A DNA stretch of 34,848 bases from positions 1-34,848 of the forward strand of contig CBDDUX010000109.1 of NCBI GenBank assembly GCA_965234725.1, written 5' to 3'. Shown here one piece after another: positions 14,191 through 22,678 of the stretch. Each line of letters starts with the position of its first letter. Position 1 is the stretch's first letter. Under the pieces are notes generated by a model. The model was not told the DNA's origin. It was given only the letters and a program-made list of their open reading frames with translations, and ran no database searches. Origin of the DNA: Thermoplasmatota archaeon. GTDB lineage: Archaea > Thermoplasmatota > Penumbrarchaeia > Penumbrarchaeales > Penumbrarchaeaceae. The position numbers were made by a program, and so were the translations under genes.

Positions 14191-15909
14191 ATGAACGATC
14201 AGGTCATCTCCACGACCATGAAGGATGAGATAAGGGCCTTTGCTCTTCAAAACGCTCTTGAGCACGGGGGAAACCCCAGTATGGGGCCCATTATTGGAAA
14301 GATGATGGCTGCGCATCCCGAATTGAGAAGTGACCCAAAGGCATTATCCATTCAGGTCTCGGAGGTCCTTCAGGAGATCAGGTCCCTAAAAAAGGAAGAA
14401 ATGGAGCGGCTTCTCGTATCACTGGGGGGGGCTCCCGACCTGAGAAAGAGAGAGAGGAACGACCCCATGGTTCCGCTGGAGGATACAGATGATGAACAGA
14501 TCAGAATGAGGTTTGCACCGGGCCCTTCGGGACCTCTTCATATCGGGCATACCAGGGCAGCAATTCTCAATGATGAATATTGCAAGAGATATCATGGAGA
14601 GTTCATACTTAGATTAGAGGATACGAACCCTGAGAAGATCGATCCTGAAGCTTACAAAATGATCCCTGAGGATCTACATTGGCTCGGTGTGAAGGTCCAT
14701 GAGACTTACATACAGTCTGAGAGGTTCGAGATATACTACGAAGTGATAGACCAGTTGATCCGGAAAGGTGCTGCTTATGTATGCACCATGGACGCTGAAA
14801 AATGGAGAGAGTTGAAATCGAGGTCTATTCCATGTGAGGAAAGGGAACTACCTATTGAAGAACAGATGGAGAAATGGGACCGTATGCTTGAAGGGGTCTA
14901 TGATGAAGGGGAGGCTTCACTTGTGATCAAAACCGATCTCGATCACAGGAATCCTGCTGTTAGGGATTTTGTTGGGATCAGGATCAAACATGCCCCTCAC
15001 CCTATAACAGGAGATCGATATCACCTATATCCTCTCTATAATCTATCAGTAGCCATTGATGACCATCTAATGGGATGTACGCACATCCTAAGAGGTAAGG
15101 ACCATTTGAACAACACATTGAGGCAGGAATATGTTTTTTCACATATGGGATGGAAACTGCCTCATTTCACACATTACGGACTTGTATCCATTCCTGATAC
15201 CTTGTTGAAGACCTCTCTTATCAGGGAACAGATATCCTCCGGGAATTTCAAAGGTTGGGATGATATCAGATTGGGGACCGTAAGGGCACTTTCAGCTAAG
15301 GGTATTTTACCGGACTCCATTAGGAGATATTGGGTGGATGTCGGGGTCAAATCGGTTGATATCTCCTTCTCATGGGAGACCCTGGAATCCATCAATCGTG
15401 AATTGATAGATCCTGATTGTCCCAGGTATTTTTTTGTGAAGGACCCCGTCCAAATGGAGATTATGACCAATGAGGATATCATCGGAAAAGCTCCCCTTTA
15501 CCCCGGTAGACCTGAACTTGGAATGAGGGATTACCATTTCACTCCATTAGATGGTGGAGTGAAGGTTTTCCTCCCAAGAGAGGATCTAAAAGTCCTGAAA
15601 AAAGGGTCCTTGATAAGATTGAAGGACCTGTGTAATGTCGAGCTGGAAAAAGATGATGGCTCAATCGGGAAGATCAAAAAATCGGATATCAAGACTTTGA
15701 AGGCCCTCGGTGGTCATATAATCCATTGGGTCCCTGATCGATCGTTGGAATGTCAGATATCGTTGAGTGATGGCACTCAATTGAATGGATTGACAGAACC
15801 ATCGACCATCGATGCTGCGAGGGACGGGGTGGTAGTGCAGTTTGAAAGGATGGGATACTGCAAAATGAGATTTGATGGAAAGATAAAAGGTAATTTTACC
15901 CATTCATAA
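14191..15909 (+). CDS. gltX: Glutamate--tRNA ligase (archaeal type)
   Basis: RFAPGPSGPLHIGH, RLEDTNP, DDHLMGCTHILRGKD, GWDDIRLGT, VQFERMGY. Confidence 0.95.
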   Translation: MNDQVISTTMKDEIRAFALQNALEHGGNPSMGPIIGKMMAAHPELRSDPKALSIQVSEVLQEIRSLKKEEMERLLVSLGGAPDLRKRERNDPMVPLEDTDDEQIRMRFAPGPSGPLHIGHTRAAILNDEYCKRYHGEFILRLEDTNPEKIDPEAYKMIPEDLHWLGVKVHETYIQSERFEIYYEVIDQLIRKGAAYVCTMDAEKWRELKSRSIPCEERELPIEEQMEKWDRMLEGVYDEGEASLVIKTDLDHRNPAVRDFVGIRIKHAPHPITGDRYHLYPLYNLSVAIDDHLMGCTHILRGKDHLNNTLRQEYVFSHMGWKLPHFTHYGLVSIPDTLLKTSLIREQISSGNFKGWDDIRLGTVRALSAKGILPDSIRRYWVDVGVKSVDISFSWETLESINRELIDPDCPRYFFVKDPVQMEIMTNEDIIGKAPLYPGRPELGMRDYHFTPLDGGVKVFLPREDLKVLKKGSLIRLKDLCNVELEKDDGSIGKIKKSDIKTLKALGGHIIHWVPDRSLECQISLSDGTQLNGLTEPSTIDAARDGVVVQFERMGYCKMRFDGKIKGNFTHS

Positions 15910-16136
15910 GAGCGGATTAGGAGCATTCCAAGGGATGTCCCATAGGACCAATAAAAGCCAAAAGATTACTCAGAGACCATGGATGAAAATAATGACAGGA
16001 TACGAATTGACCTGGACATGGTAGAGATTTCCAGGTTCAGATCCTTGAAAAGAAGAAGCATGGTTAAAGAGGATCCCTTCAGCAAGGGATTGCTCTGATC
16101 CTTGGTAATAAAGTTCAATAAGGGTGTCTATACTTA

Positions 16137-16964
16137 ATGGTCGTGGAGATCAACAGGGAACTTCAAGGGATCGCAAGAACAGTTAATAAAGTGTTAAAAG
16201 AAAAATTCCCTGTAGGAGGGGGCGGGGGAAAGGTGGATTTTGGAGCCGATGGAGATATCGTATACGAGATAGACCGATTGGCAGAGGATACAATATTTGA
16301 TCTTATTGAAAAGAAAGGATTTGAGTGGAATATCATTTCAGAGGAAGCTGGTGAGATCGATAAGGGGAGCGAATGGACCCTGGTCGTGGATCCCGTTGAT
16401 GGAACTCATAATGCCATTTCAGCGATCCCATTTTATTCCACTTCCCTAGCTTTGCTTGATGAAAGATCAGGCGAAGTGAAAGAAGCTGTCGTTATGAACC
16501 TTGCCACAGGTCAGATCTACCATGCTACAAAAGATGAGGGTGCATTCAGGGATGAAAAGCCTATTCATGTCCGGCCCATGATCATAAATGAAGCAGTGGT
16601 TTCCTCATATATAGGTCCGGAAGCAAAAAAATGGGCTTATGAGCTGATGAATTGGCCTATGAGAACAAGATATTTTGGAAGCATCTCACTGGAAGTGTGT
16701 CTCGTGGCCTCCGGCTCCCTGGACATGTTCGTTATGTTCGGACGAATACCTCGATTGACGGATATCGCCGCCTCCACGTTGATCCTGAAGGAGGCGGGTG
16801 GGAATTCATTCATTATGGACAAGAAGGATTTCATATCTTCCTTTCAACCTAGGTTCATCAGAAATGATTCTAAAGCGTTCCTTTCCATAGGAGACCCTAA
16901 ATCTTTAAGAAGTGTTCTTGAAATATCAAAGGTCGACCATGTCATGGAGGATCTTGAAAAATGA
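16137..16964 (+). CDS. Inositol monophosphatase/FBPase family (FIG) phosphatase, possibly NADP(H) phosphatase
   Basis: GADG, ISEE, DPVDGT, RYFGS, R..DIAA. Confidence 0.85.
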   Translation: MVVEINRELQGIARTVNKVLKEKFPVGGGGGKVDFGADGDIVYEIDRLAEDTIFDLIEKKGFEWNIISEEAGEIDKGSEWTLVVDPVDGTHNAISAIPFYSTSLALLDERSGEVKEAVVMNLATGQIYHATKDEGAFRDEKPIHVRPMIINEAVVSSYIGPEAKKWAYELMNWPMRTRYFGSISLEVCLVASGSLDMFVMFGRIPRLTDIAASTLILKEAGGNSFIMDKKDFISSFQPRFIRNDSKAFLSIGDPKSLRSVLEISKVDHVMEDLEK

Positions 16965-17827
16965 AATTCGGACTCGTAGCCCATAATCAGAAGAAGTTAG
17001 CATTGGACGTGGCAAGGAATGTGATCACTTGGGCCAAAACACGAGTCAGTGAAGGCAATGATATTGAGATCGTTGTATATGATAAGGATTCTTCTTTCCT
17101 GAACAATTTGGAATTGGATTATTCGCCCATAGGTGAAATGAAGGCCGATATGATCATATGCGTGGGGGGAGATGGAACCATTCTCAGAACACTTCAACAA
17201 ACCAATGTTCCTGTCCTAGGTATTAATGCAGGATCCCTTGGTTTTCTGACGGAAGTTCTTCCTGATATGGTGGAGGATGCCTTGGATAGGGTCCTGGAGG
17301 GTAATTACGATATCGATAAAAGGTCAAGATTGAAAACTCTCCTCAACGGTGAGAGGCTGCCAGATGCCACAAATGAGGCTGTAATATCAACAAACACTCC
17401 TTCGAAGATCCAGGAATTCGAATTCTACATCGATATGGAATGGGCCCAGACCCTTCGGGCTGACGGCATAATAATTTCCACTCCTACGGGATCGACAAGT
17501 TATGCTCTCTCAGCAGGAGGCAGTGTGTTGGATCCAAGACTGGAAGCTATTGAGATCATTCCGATCGCACCTTTCAGGATCAATGCAAGACCCATCATCA
17601 TCCCCGATAAAAGTGTGATCACGTTGAAGGTTACCCATAAGACAAGGGGGGCGAACCTTGTTCTTGATGGATATTTCAGAAAGACAATAAAGAACAAGGA
17701 TGAGATTCTTTTCACAAGGTCAAAGATACAATCAAAGTTCATCCGGTTCGATATGAACTTCTACAAGAGGTTTGGAGAGAAGATCATTAGAGATAGGCCT
17801 GTCATGAACAAAAAGGGTAAATATTAG
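16961..17827 (+). CDS. nadK: NAD(+) kinase
   Basis: GGDGT, GINAGSLGFL, NE, DGIIISTPTGSTSYALSAGG. Confidence 0.95.
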   Translation: MKFGLVAHNQKKLALDVARNVITWAKTRVSEGNDIEIVVYDKDSSFLNNLELDYSPIGEMKADMIICVGGDGTILRTLQQTNVPVLGINAGSLGFLTEVLPDMVEDALDRVLEGNYDIDKRSRLKTLLNGERLPDATNEAVISTNTPSKIQEFEFYIDMEWAQTLRADGIIISTPTGSTSYALSAGGSVLDPRLEAIEIIPIAPFRINARPIIIPDKSVITLKVTHKTRGANLVLDGYFRKTIKNKDEILFTRSKIQSKFIRFDMNFYKRFGEKIIRDRPVMNKKGKY

Positions 17828-17856
17828 ACACATATTACAACTTTAGGTTGTATAGT

Positions 17857-18651
17857 ATGCCCGAGGAAGATGAGATCGAATTGGACAGGATCCTCTCCAT
17901 CCTTGAAAATCCGATCCGAAGAAAGATACTCATGAAACTGTCAAGGGATACCAATTACCCTCTTCAGCTCTCTAGGGAATTGAATGTGAGTCAACAGGCT
18001 ATCATGAAACATCTGAAAGTGCTGGAGGATAATTCCTTCGTCTCATCTTATGAGGAAAGGTCGGATAGAGGGGGACCACCCAGGAGAATATATGTCCCAA
18101 TGAGAAGATACTGTGTTAGAATTGATATTGGACCTAACACTTATTCCGAAGAATTCTATTCCTATCGTAACTATGATATTAAAAAGAGAGAGGACCTCGA
18201 TAGTTTGATCTCCAATGAAAAGAGGACCGTTATAGATGGAAAGATCACAGGTGAGATGAAGGATGATGTAGTGGCGGCTCTCCCGGCGTTTGCGGATCCC
18301 ATCCTTGAAAAGATGAGAATGGAATTGGAAAGTATAGTCCATGAAAATGATATGACAATTAAGACCAAGGGATTGAAGGTTCTAATAAGGAAGATGAATA
18401 GAGAGATCTCAGAAATGGAAATGAAGAGAAGAAGACTACTTGCGATCAGAGAGAGGACATTCCAAGAAGTCAATGGTCTTGTATCTGAAATATCCCATGA
18501 TTATATTGAAAAAGAGATACTTTCATTGTTCATTAAAGAAGAAATGGATGACATTGAAGGAATATCGGAAAAATTGAACACTAGAAAAATAGTTATCGAA
18601 AGGATATTGGATAAATATTTAAAAGGTATTAAGAGTGTGTCCGAGAAATAA
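17857..18651 (+). CDS. ArsR-type HTH transcriptional regulator with coiled-coil C-terminus
   Basis: LENPIRRKIL..YPLQLSRELNVSQQAIMKHLKVLE..GPPRRIY; the last five codons and the stop come from the MITE. Confidence 0.85.
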   Translation: MPEEDEIELDRILSILENPIRRKILMKLSRDTNYPLQLSRELNVSQQAIMKHLKVLEDNSFVSSYEERSDRGGPPRRIYVPMRRYCVRIDIGPNTYSEEFYSYRNYDIKKREDLDSLISNEKRTVIDGKITGEMKDDVVAALPAFADPILEKMRMELESIVHENDMTIKTKGLKVLIRKMNREISEMEMKRRRLLAIRERTFQEVNGLVSEISHDYIEKEILSLFIKEEMDDIEGISEKLNTRKIVIERILDKYLKGIKSVSEK

Positions 18652-18752
18652 AAAACAATCTCATCGGAGGGTATATTCAACCTTCAAACTCCCCGTTTTT
18701 CATGGAATAGTTACTCCTCCGTGCTAATGAAAGTCATTTCTCGGACAGGCTC
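18633..18752 (+). mobile_element. 120-bp MITE, copy 1
   Basis: TIRs GAGTGTGTCCGAGAAAT / ATTTCTCGGACAGGCTC (15/17 match); TTAA duplicated on both sides; 5 differences from copies 2 and 3. Confidence 0.9.
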
Positions 18753-18862
18753 TTAAATAAAGTAAAAAAGGTATTTTTGATATCGGATAATCATATTTTA
18801 TTTGACCTATCTTGAGTTTTAACCATGATGAATATGGATATATTCTATTATAGCATCCATAG

Positions 18863-19380
18863 AGAGACCACCTTTTCCACTGTAAATGAACTTTGAACCT
18901 TTGTATTGATATTATAATGAAACGATTATGATATACCATTAGAGCTTATAATTAAATAAAAATCAAATATATTATATAAAAATCAACTAATTACATAAAT
19001 GAATATTGCTCATTGATGTAACACTATTTTAAAACGATACTTCAAGATTTTTCATATCTCTGCGAAATCGATCAATTGTAATTGCCACTGGAAAAATATT
19101 TAATATATTAATTCTTATTAATAAAAAGATGGATAACGTTAAATACTAAAATATATTATATATATATAAATATATTAATATATAAATATATAATATAATA
19201 TAAAGAAAAATATTTCCATTTGAAATTGGAAAATTCATTTTCGTTGAGAAGATCGATGTGGTCATCTATTTATCGATTAGTAATGAGCGAGATATGATCG
19301 AGGAGCTGTCTATTTGTCCATTTCAAATCTATTACACATCTCATAAGTTACTGTTACAGTGGAAATGGAAGGGGGTCTCT
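18863..19380. other. Candidate replication origin: inverted ORB-like boxes flanking an AT-rich unwinding element
   Basis: TTACAGTGGAAATGGAAGGGGG (+, 19354), TTACAGTGGAAAAGGTGG (-, 18885), mini-boxes TTTCCAGTGGCAAT (-, 19094-19081) and TTTCCATTTGAAAT (+, 19213-19226); 58 bp of pure A/T at 19147-19204. Confidence 0.6.
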
Positions 19381-20508
19381 TAAATCTGTATGTTCTTTTA
19401 CTATGGAATTATATTTCAAAAGTAATTCCTTATTTATGGCTAACCATGATCGCTTTTTTGAAAATGAAAGGCCATTTACTTTCATTTTTTTTCTAAGCTT
19501 TTCATCATCGATCAATCTGGATACATTATCTGTAAATGATTTCACATCCTTTGATATAGATATCAAACCGCCTTTGGATTGAGATATGATCTCAGCACAA
19601 CCTCCAACATTAGATACTACAGCCGGGACTCCAGAAGCCAATGATTCCTGTATTACATTACCGAAGGTTTCTGTAGTGGATGGAAAAAGAAGTATGTCTG
19701 CACTTGCATAAGCTGTAGAAAGTTCTTTACCTATTAAATAACCGGGAAATATAGCGTCAGGCATTTCCTTTTTCAGATCCTCTTCAGCAGGTCCGGATCC
19801 TAAAAGGACAAAAGCGACCCTATCTTTATATTTCTCTTTCAAACGATTTTTTACTGAAATGAATACTCTTAGGTCCTTGTACCAAACGAACCTCCCTGAA
19901 TACAGGATCACTATTTCTTCATCAATCCCCCATTTGGTTCGGATCTTCTTGGACCTGAAACGAGGATTGAAATCTTCTCCTTTGATGCCTCTGGACCAGA
20001 TGATAGAATTCGTTATTCCATTTTCTATCAGTCTTTCTTGCATTGCCAATGTTGGGACCAAAGAATATTTGGAGCTGTTATAGAACCTCTTCAGATAGCT
20101 CCACATGGGAGTTGTTAGGGCCCCTAACTGATAATAGGAAAGATATGAAGGGAAATCCGTATGGTAAACGGAGACTACTGGGATGTTATTCCTTCTTCCG
20201 TAGAGTAGGAACTCTCTCCCTACCAGGTCAGGAGTTGATATATGGATAATGTCCGGTGCGAACTCATCCAATTGTCTTTTTGTCCTTAATCCGAAAAATC
20301 CCACCTTATAATCAGGATAGATGATAATCGGAACAGAAGCTAGCTTTTGCACACTGATGGCCCCTTCATTCACTTCTTCTGATATCTCGGGAGACCAGAT
20401 CATCACTTTGTGGCCTTGTTCCTTAATACACCTGACGAATTCGTACAAGGTCCTCGCTACACCATCCTTGTCCTTTACAAATGTCCCAGTATACAAAGCG
20501 ATCTTCAT
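19354..20508 (-). CDS. Glycosyltransferase family 4 (GT-B)
   Basis: MKIAL..DGVARTL, YHTDFPSY, FPSTTETFGNVIQESLASGVP. Confidence 0.9.
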   Translation of the reverse strand: MKIALYTGTFVKDKDGVARTLYEFVRCIKEQGHKVMIWSPEISEEVNEGAISVQKLASVPIIIYPDYKVGFFGLRTKRQLDEFAPDIIHISTPDLVGREFLLYGRRNNIPVVSVYHTDFPSYLSYYQLGALTTPMWSYLKRFYNSSKYSLVPTLAMQERLIENGITNSIIWSRGIKGEDFNPRFRSKKIRTKWGIDEEIVILYSGRFVWYKDLRVFISVKNRLKEKYKDRVAFVLLGSGPAEEDLKKEMPDAIFPGYLIGKELSTAYASADILLFPSTTETFGNVIQESLASGVPAVVSNVGGCAEIISQSKGGLISISKDVKSFTDNVSRLIDDEKLRKKMKVNGLSFSKKRSWLAINKELLLKYNSIVKEHTDLRDPLPFPL

Positions 20509-20603
20509 CTTTTATCTATCATCCCAATTACTTCGTTCCATATAATCGATTTCATCGGTCCTTTGATCTCCATTTCCATATTTTCAAGAAATGGTATATA
20601 GAA

Positions 20604-21112
20604 AAATGGTGCGGATGCCGGGAGGGGTGGAACTGTATTTTAATTCACGATATCCAAGTTCTACCCCTGAGATGAAAGGTAAACCTATGAAATCAATTTC
20701 CTTTCATTGTGTCTAATCATTTTCAAGCACCGTTTCTCGAGACAATGTAAATTTGACGAGAGAGAAATGGTGCGGATGCCGGGATATTAGACATCGCCAA
20801 AATCAGAGATTTTGTCTGCCTTGATATTTCTATATCGTCAATTTAATAAGCCGAAATATCAAGGACCAAGGTTCAAATCCCTCTCGACAATCAAAGCACC
20901 ATTAAATGGATCAAAGAATAATAATGAAGTAATGGTGCGGATGCCGGGATTTGATTCCGCAAAATCATAGATTTTGCTCAGGTTGAGCATTTTATATCGT
21001 CAAAGCTATATGCCAATTGCTCAACCACCCAGGGGTTCAAATCCCTCACGTCAATATTTACACACCATTGCATTTTATTTCAAAGCAATGATAGCAATGG
21101 TGAATGGAAAAA
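20604..21112. repeat. tRNA-Gly-linked array: three units, each starting with the tRNA 3' end (17/18/22 nt) and carrying a hairpin core
   Basis: TGGTGCGGATGCCGGGA at 20607, 20768 and 20933, versus TAGTGCGGATGCCGGGA in the gene at 21113; spacing 161/165/180 bp. Confidence 0.9.
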
Positions 21113-21115
21113 TAG

Positions 21116-21188
21116 TGCGGATGCCGGGATTTGAACCCGAGCAAGTAGCTTGGGAAGCTACTGTCCTACCGAGCTAGACCACATCCGC
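21116..21188 (-). tRNA. tRNA-Gly (anticodon CCC), intronless, CCA not encoded
   Basis: GCGGATG/CATCCGC acceptor stem, GTAGC-TTCCCAA-GCTAC anticodon arm, GGTTCAAATCC T-loop, discriminator A followed by CTA. Confidence 0.95.
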
Positions 21189-21247
21189 AACCGAATTGGA
21201 CAAATGGATATTGTACAATAGATAAAGAAAGTTTTCAGGCCCCCTTT

Positions 21248-21568
21248 TCAATCATCACTTTGCTGGGCCTTCTTCTTCAATCTCTTCAATCTTTCCTTTG
21301 CCGTGAAGCCAGTGGCATATTCAAGAAGAATATTTCTCTTTCTTACGGTGTCAAGGACCTGATCATCTGGAATCTTTACTGTGTTGATCTCCAGAATGAG
21401 CTGAGTTTTGGATTCAAGCTTTATCTTGATGGGGTCCATGGCACCGTATCTTGATATAAGCCAATCCTCCTCCTTCGTGCAATTTCCAAAGACCTCTTCC
21501 ATCTTTTCGAATAATTTGTCCCCTTCAATTTCCTTGAAGTTCCCTTTCTTGATGTCAAGTCTTTCCAT
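21248..21568 (-). CDS. Conserved archaeal protein (DUF5611-like)
   Basis: IKKG, YGAM, N.LLEYATGFTAKERLK motif recalled from this family. Confidence 0.6.
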   Translation of the reverse strand: MERLDIKKGNFKEIEGDKLFEKMEEVFGNCTKEEDWLISRYGAMDPIKIKLESKTQLILEINTVKIPDDQVLDTVRKRNILLEYATGFTAKERLKRLKKKAQQSDD

Positions 21569-21648
21569 GTGTTACCACCTGGTTGATGAACGGGTAATAA
21601 CTCGTTATATTGAAAAACTTTCTCTGATATTTCAAATTCCCAGTTAGA

Positions 21649-22593
21649 TCAATCCCTGACCCCGTCTTCTGAGATCGTTATGACAGCTTCCCCTTCTGGA
21701 AGGTTGGGGGAATCGATAAGGCGGGCGATCCTCCTGTTGCCCTTTGATTTCCTTAGATAAAGCCTAAATGTAGAAGTGTGGCCTAGGATATGGCCTCCAA
21801 TTGCCCTGGTGGGATCTCCGAAGAACGCATCCGGTTTGGCAGCCACCTGGTTTGTTACAGCTATTATTGCCTTATTCAGGTCTCCAAATTGCATCAGGTT
21901 GTGAAGATGCTTGTTTAATTTCTGCTGCCTCTCCGCCAATGCGCCCCTCCCAATGTATTCAGCACGGAAGTGAGCTGTTAGAGAATCCACAATTATCAGT
22001 CTTATGGGGAATTCTTTGGCTATGTCCCTTGCCTTTTCCGCAAGCAGCATCTGATGATGTGAATTGAATGCTCTGGCAACATGTATGGATTGTAGGACGG
22101 ATGTCGGATCCAGATCATAGGCCATGGCCATTTGGATGATCCTTTCAGGTCTGAATGTGTTCTCCGTATCGATATAGATCGAGTGTGCCTCATTTCCTCC
22201 ATCCTCGGCAGGTCTGAAATTGTTCACACAAAGCTGATGAGTGATCTGGGTCTTTCCGGATCCGAATTCTCCAAAGAACTCTGTGATACAACCGGATTCC
22301 AGCCCTCCTCCAAGTAGTTCATCCAGGGCCCTTGAACCCGTGGTTAACTTGATGACCTCCCTTCTTTTCTCCATGATCACATCGCCAGTGAGAAATCCTC
22401 CAACATCTGCAAATTTCTTGGCTGCGGCAATGATCTTTGAAGCAGTGGCTTCACCGATCTCCGCTGCTTCCACCAGCACAGAAGGTGAGGAGACTGCAAT
22501 GGACATCAGGTCATCGAAACCGGCTTCTTTCAGTTTTTCAGCTGTTGCAGGACCGACACCAGGCAGGTCTTCAACAGTCTTCTCATCTGTCAT
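21649..22593 (-). CDS. radA: DNA repair and recombination protein RadA
   Basis: [14 protein letters not shown], Walker [34 protein letters not shown]; no intein. Confidence 0.97.
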   Translation of the reverse strand: MTDEKTVEDLPGVGPATAEKLKEAGFDDLMSIAVSSPSVLVEAAEIGEATASKIIAAAKKFADVGGFLTGDVIMEKRREVIKLTTGSRALDELLGGGLESGCITEFFGEFGSGKTQITHQLCVNNFRPAEDGGNEAHSIYIDTENTFRPERIIQMAMAYDLDPTSVLQSIHVARAFNSHHQMLLAEKARDIAKEFPIRLIIVDSLTAHFRAEYIGRGALAERQQKLNKHLHNLMQFGDLNKAIIAVTNQVAAKPDAFFGDPTRAIGGHILGHTSTFRLYLRKSKGNRRIARLIDSPNLPEGEAVITISEDGVRD

Positions 22594-22678
22594 ATTTACA
22601 CCTCTTATGAGACCATAGCGGTCTTATCCAAATATAAATCCTTTACCATGGGGAGGGGTGTGTGAATGTGATTACCAA

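Noticed and set aside
18753..20606. Integrase-type island anchored at tRNA-Gly
   Set aside because: No integrase, and no tRNA-end repeat to the left of the glycosyltransferase; low GC alone is insufficient
20607..20954. Additional or split tRNA genes
   Set aside because: Only 3' ends are present; I found no matching 5' acceptor strand, D-arm or anticodon arm
20604..21112. CRISPR array
   Set aside because: Repeats are 17-22 nt tRNA ends, the intervening sequences are about 145-160 bp and related to each other, and there are no cas genes
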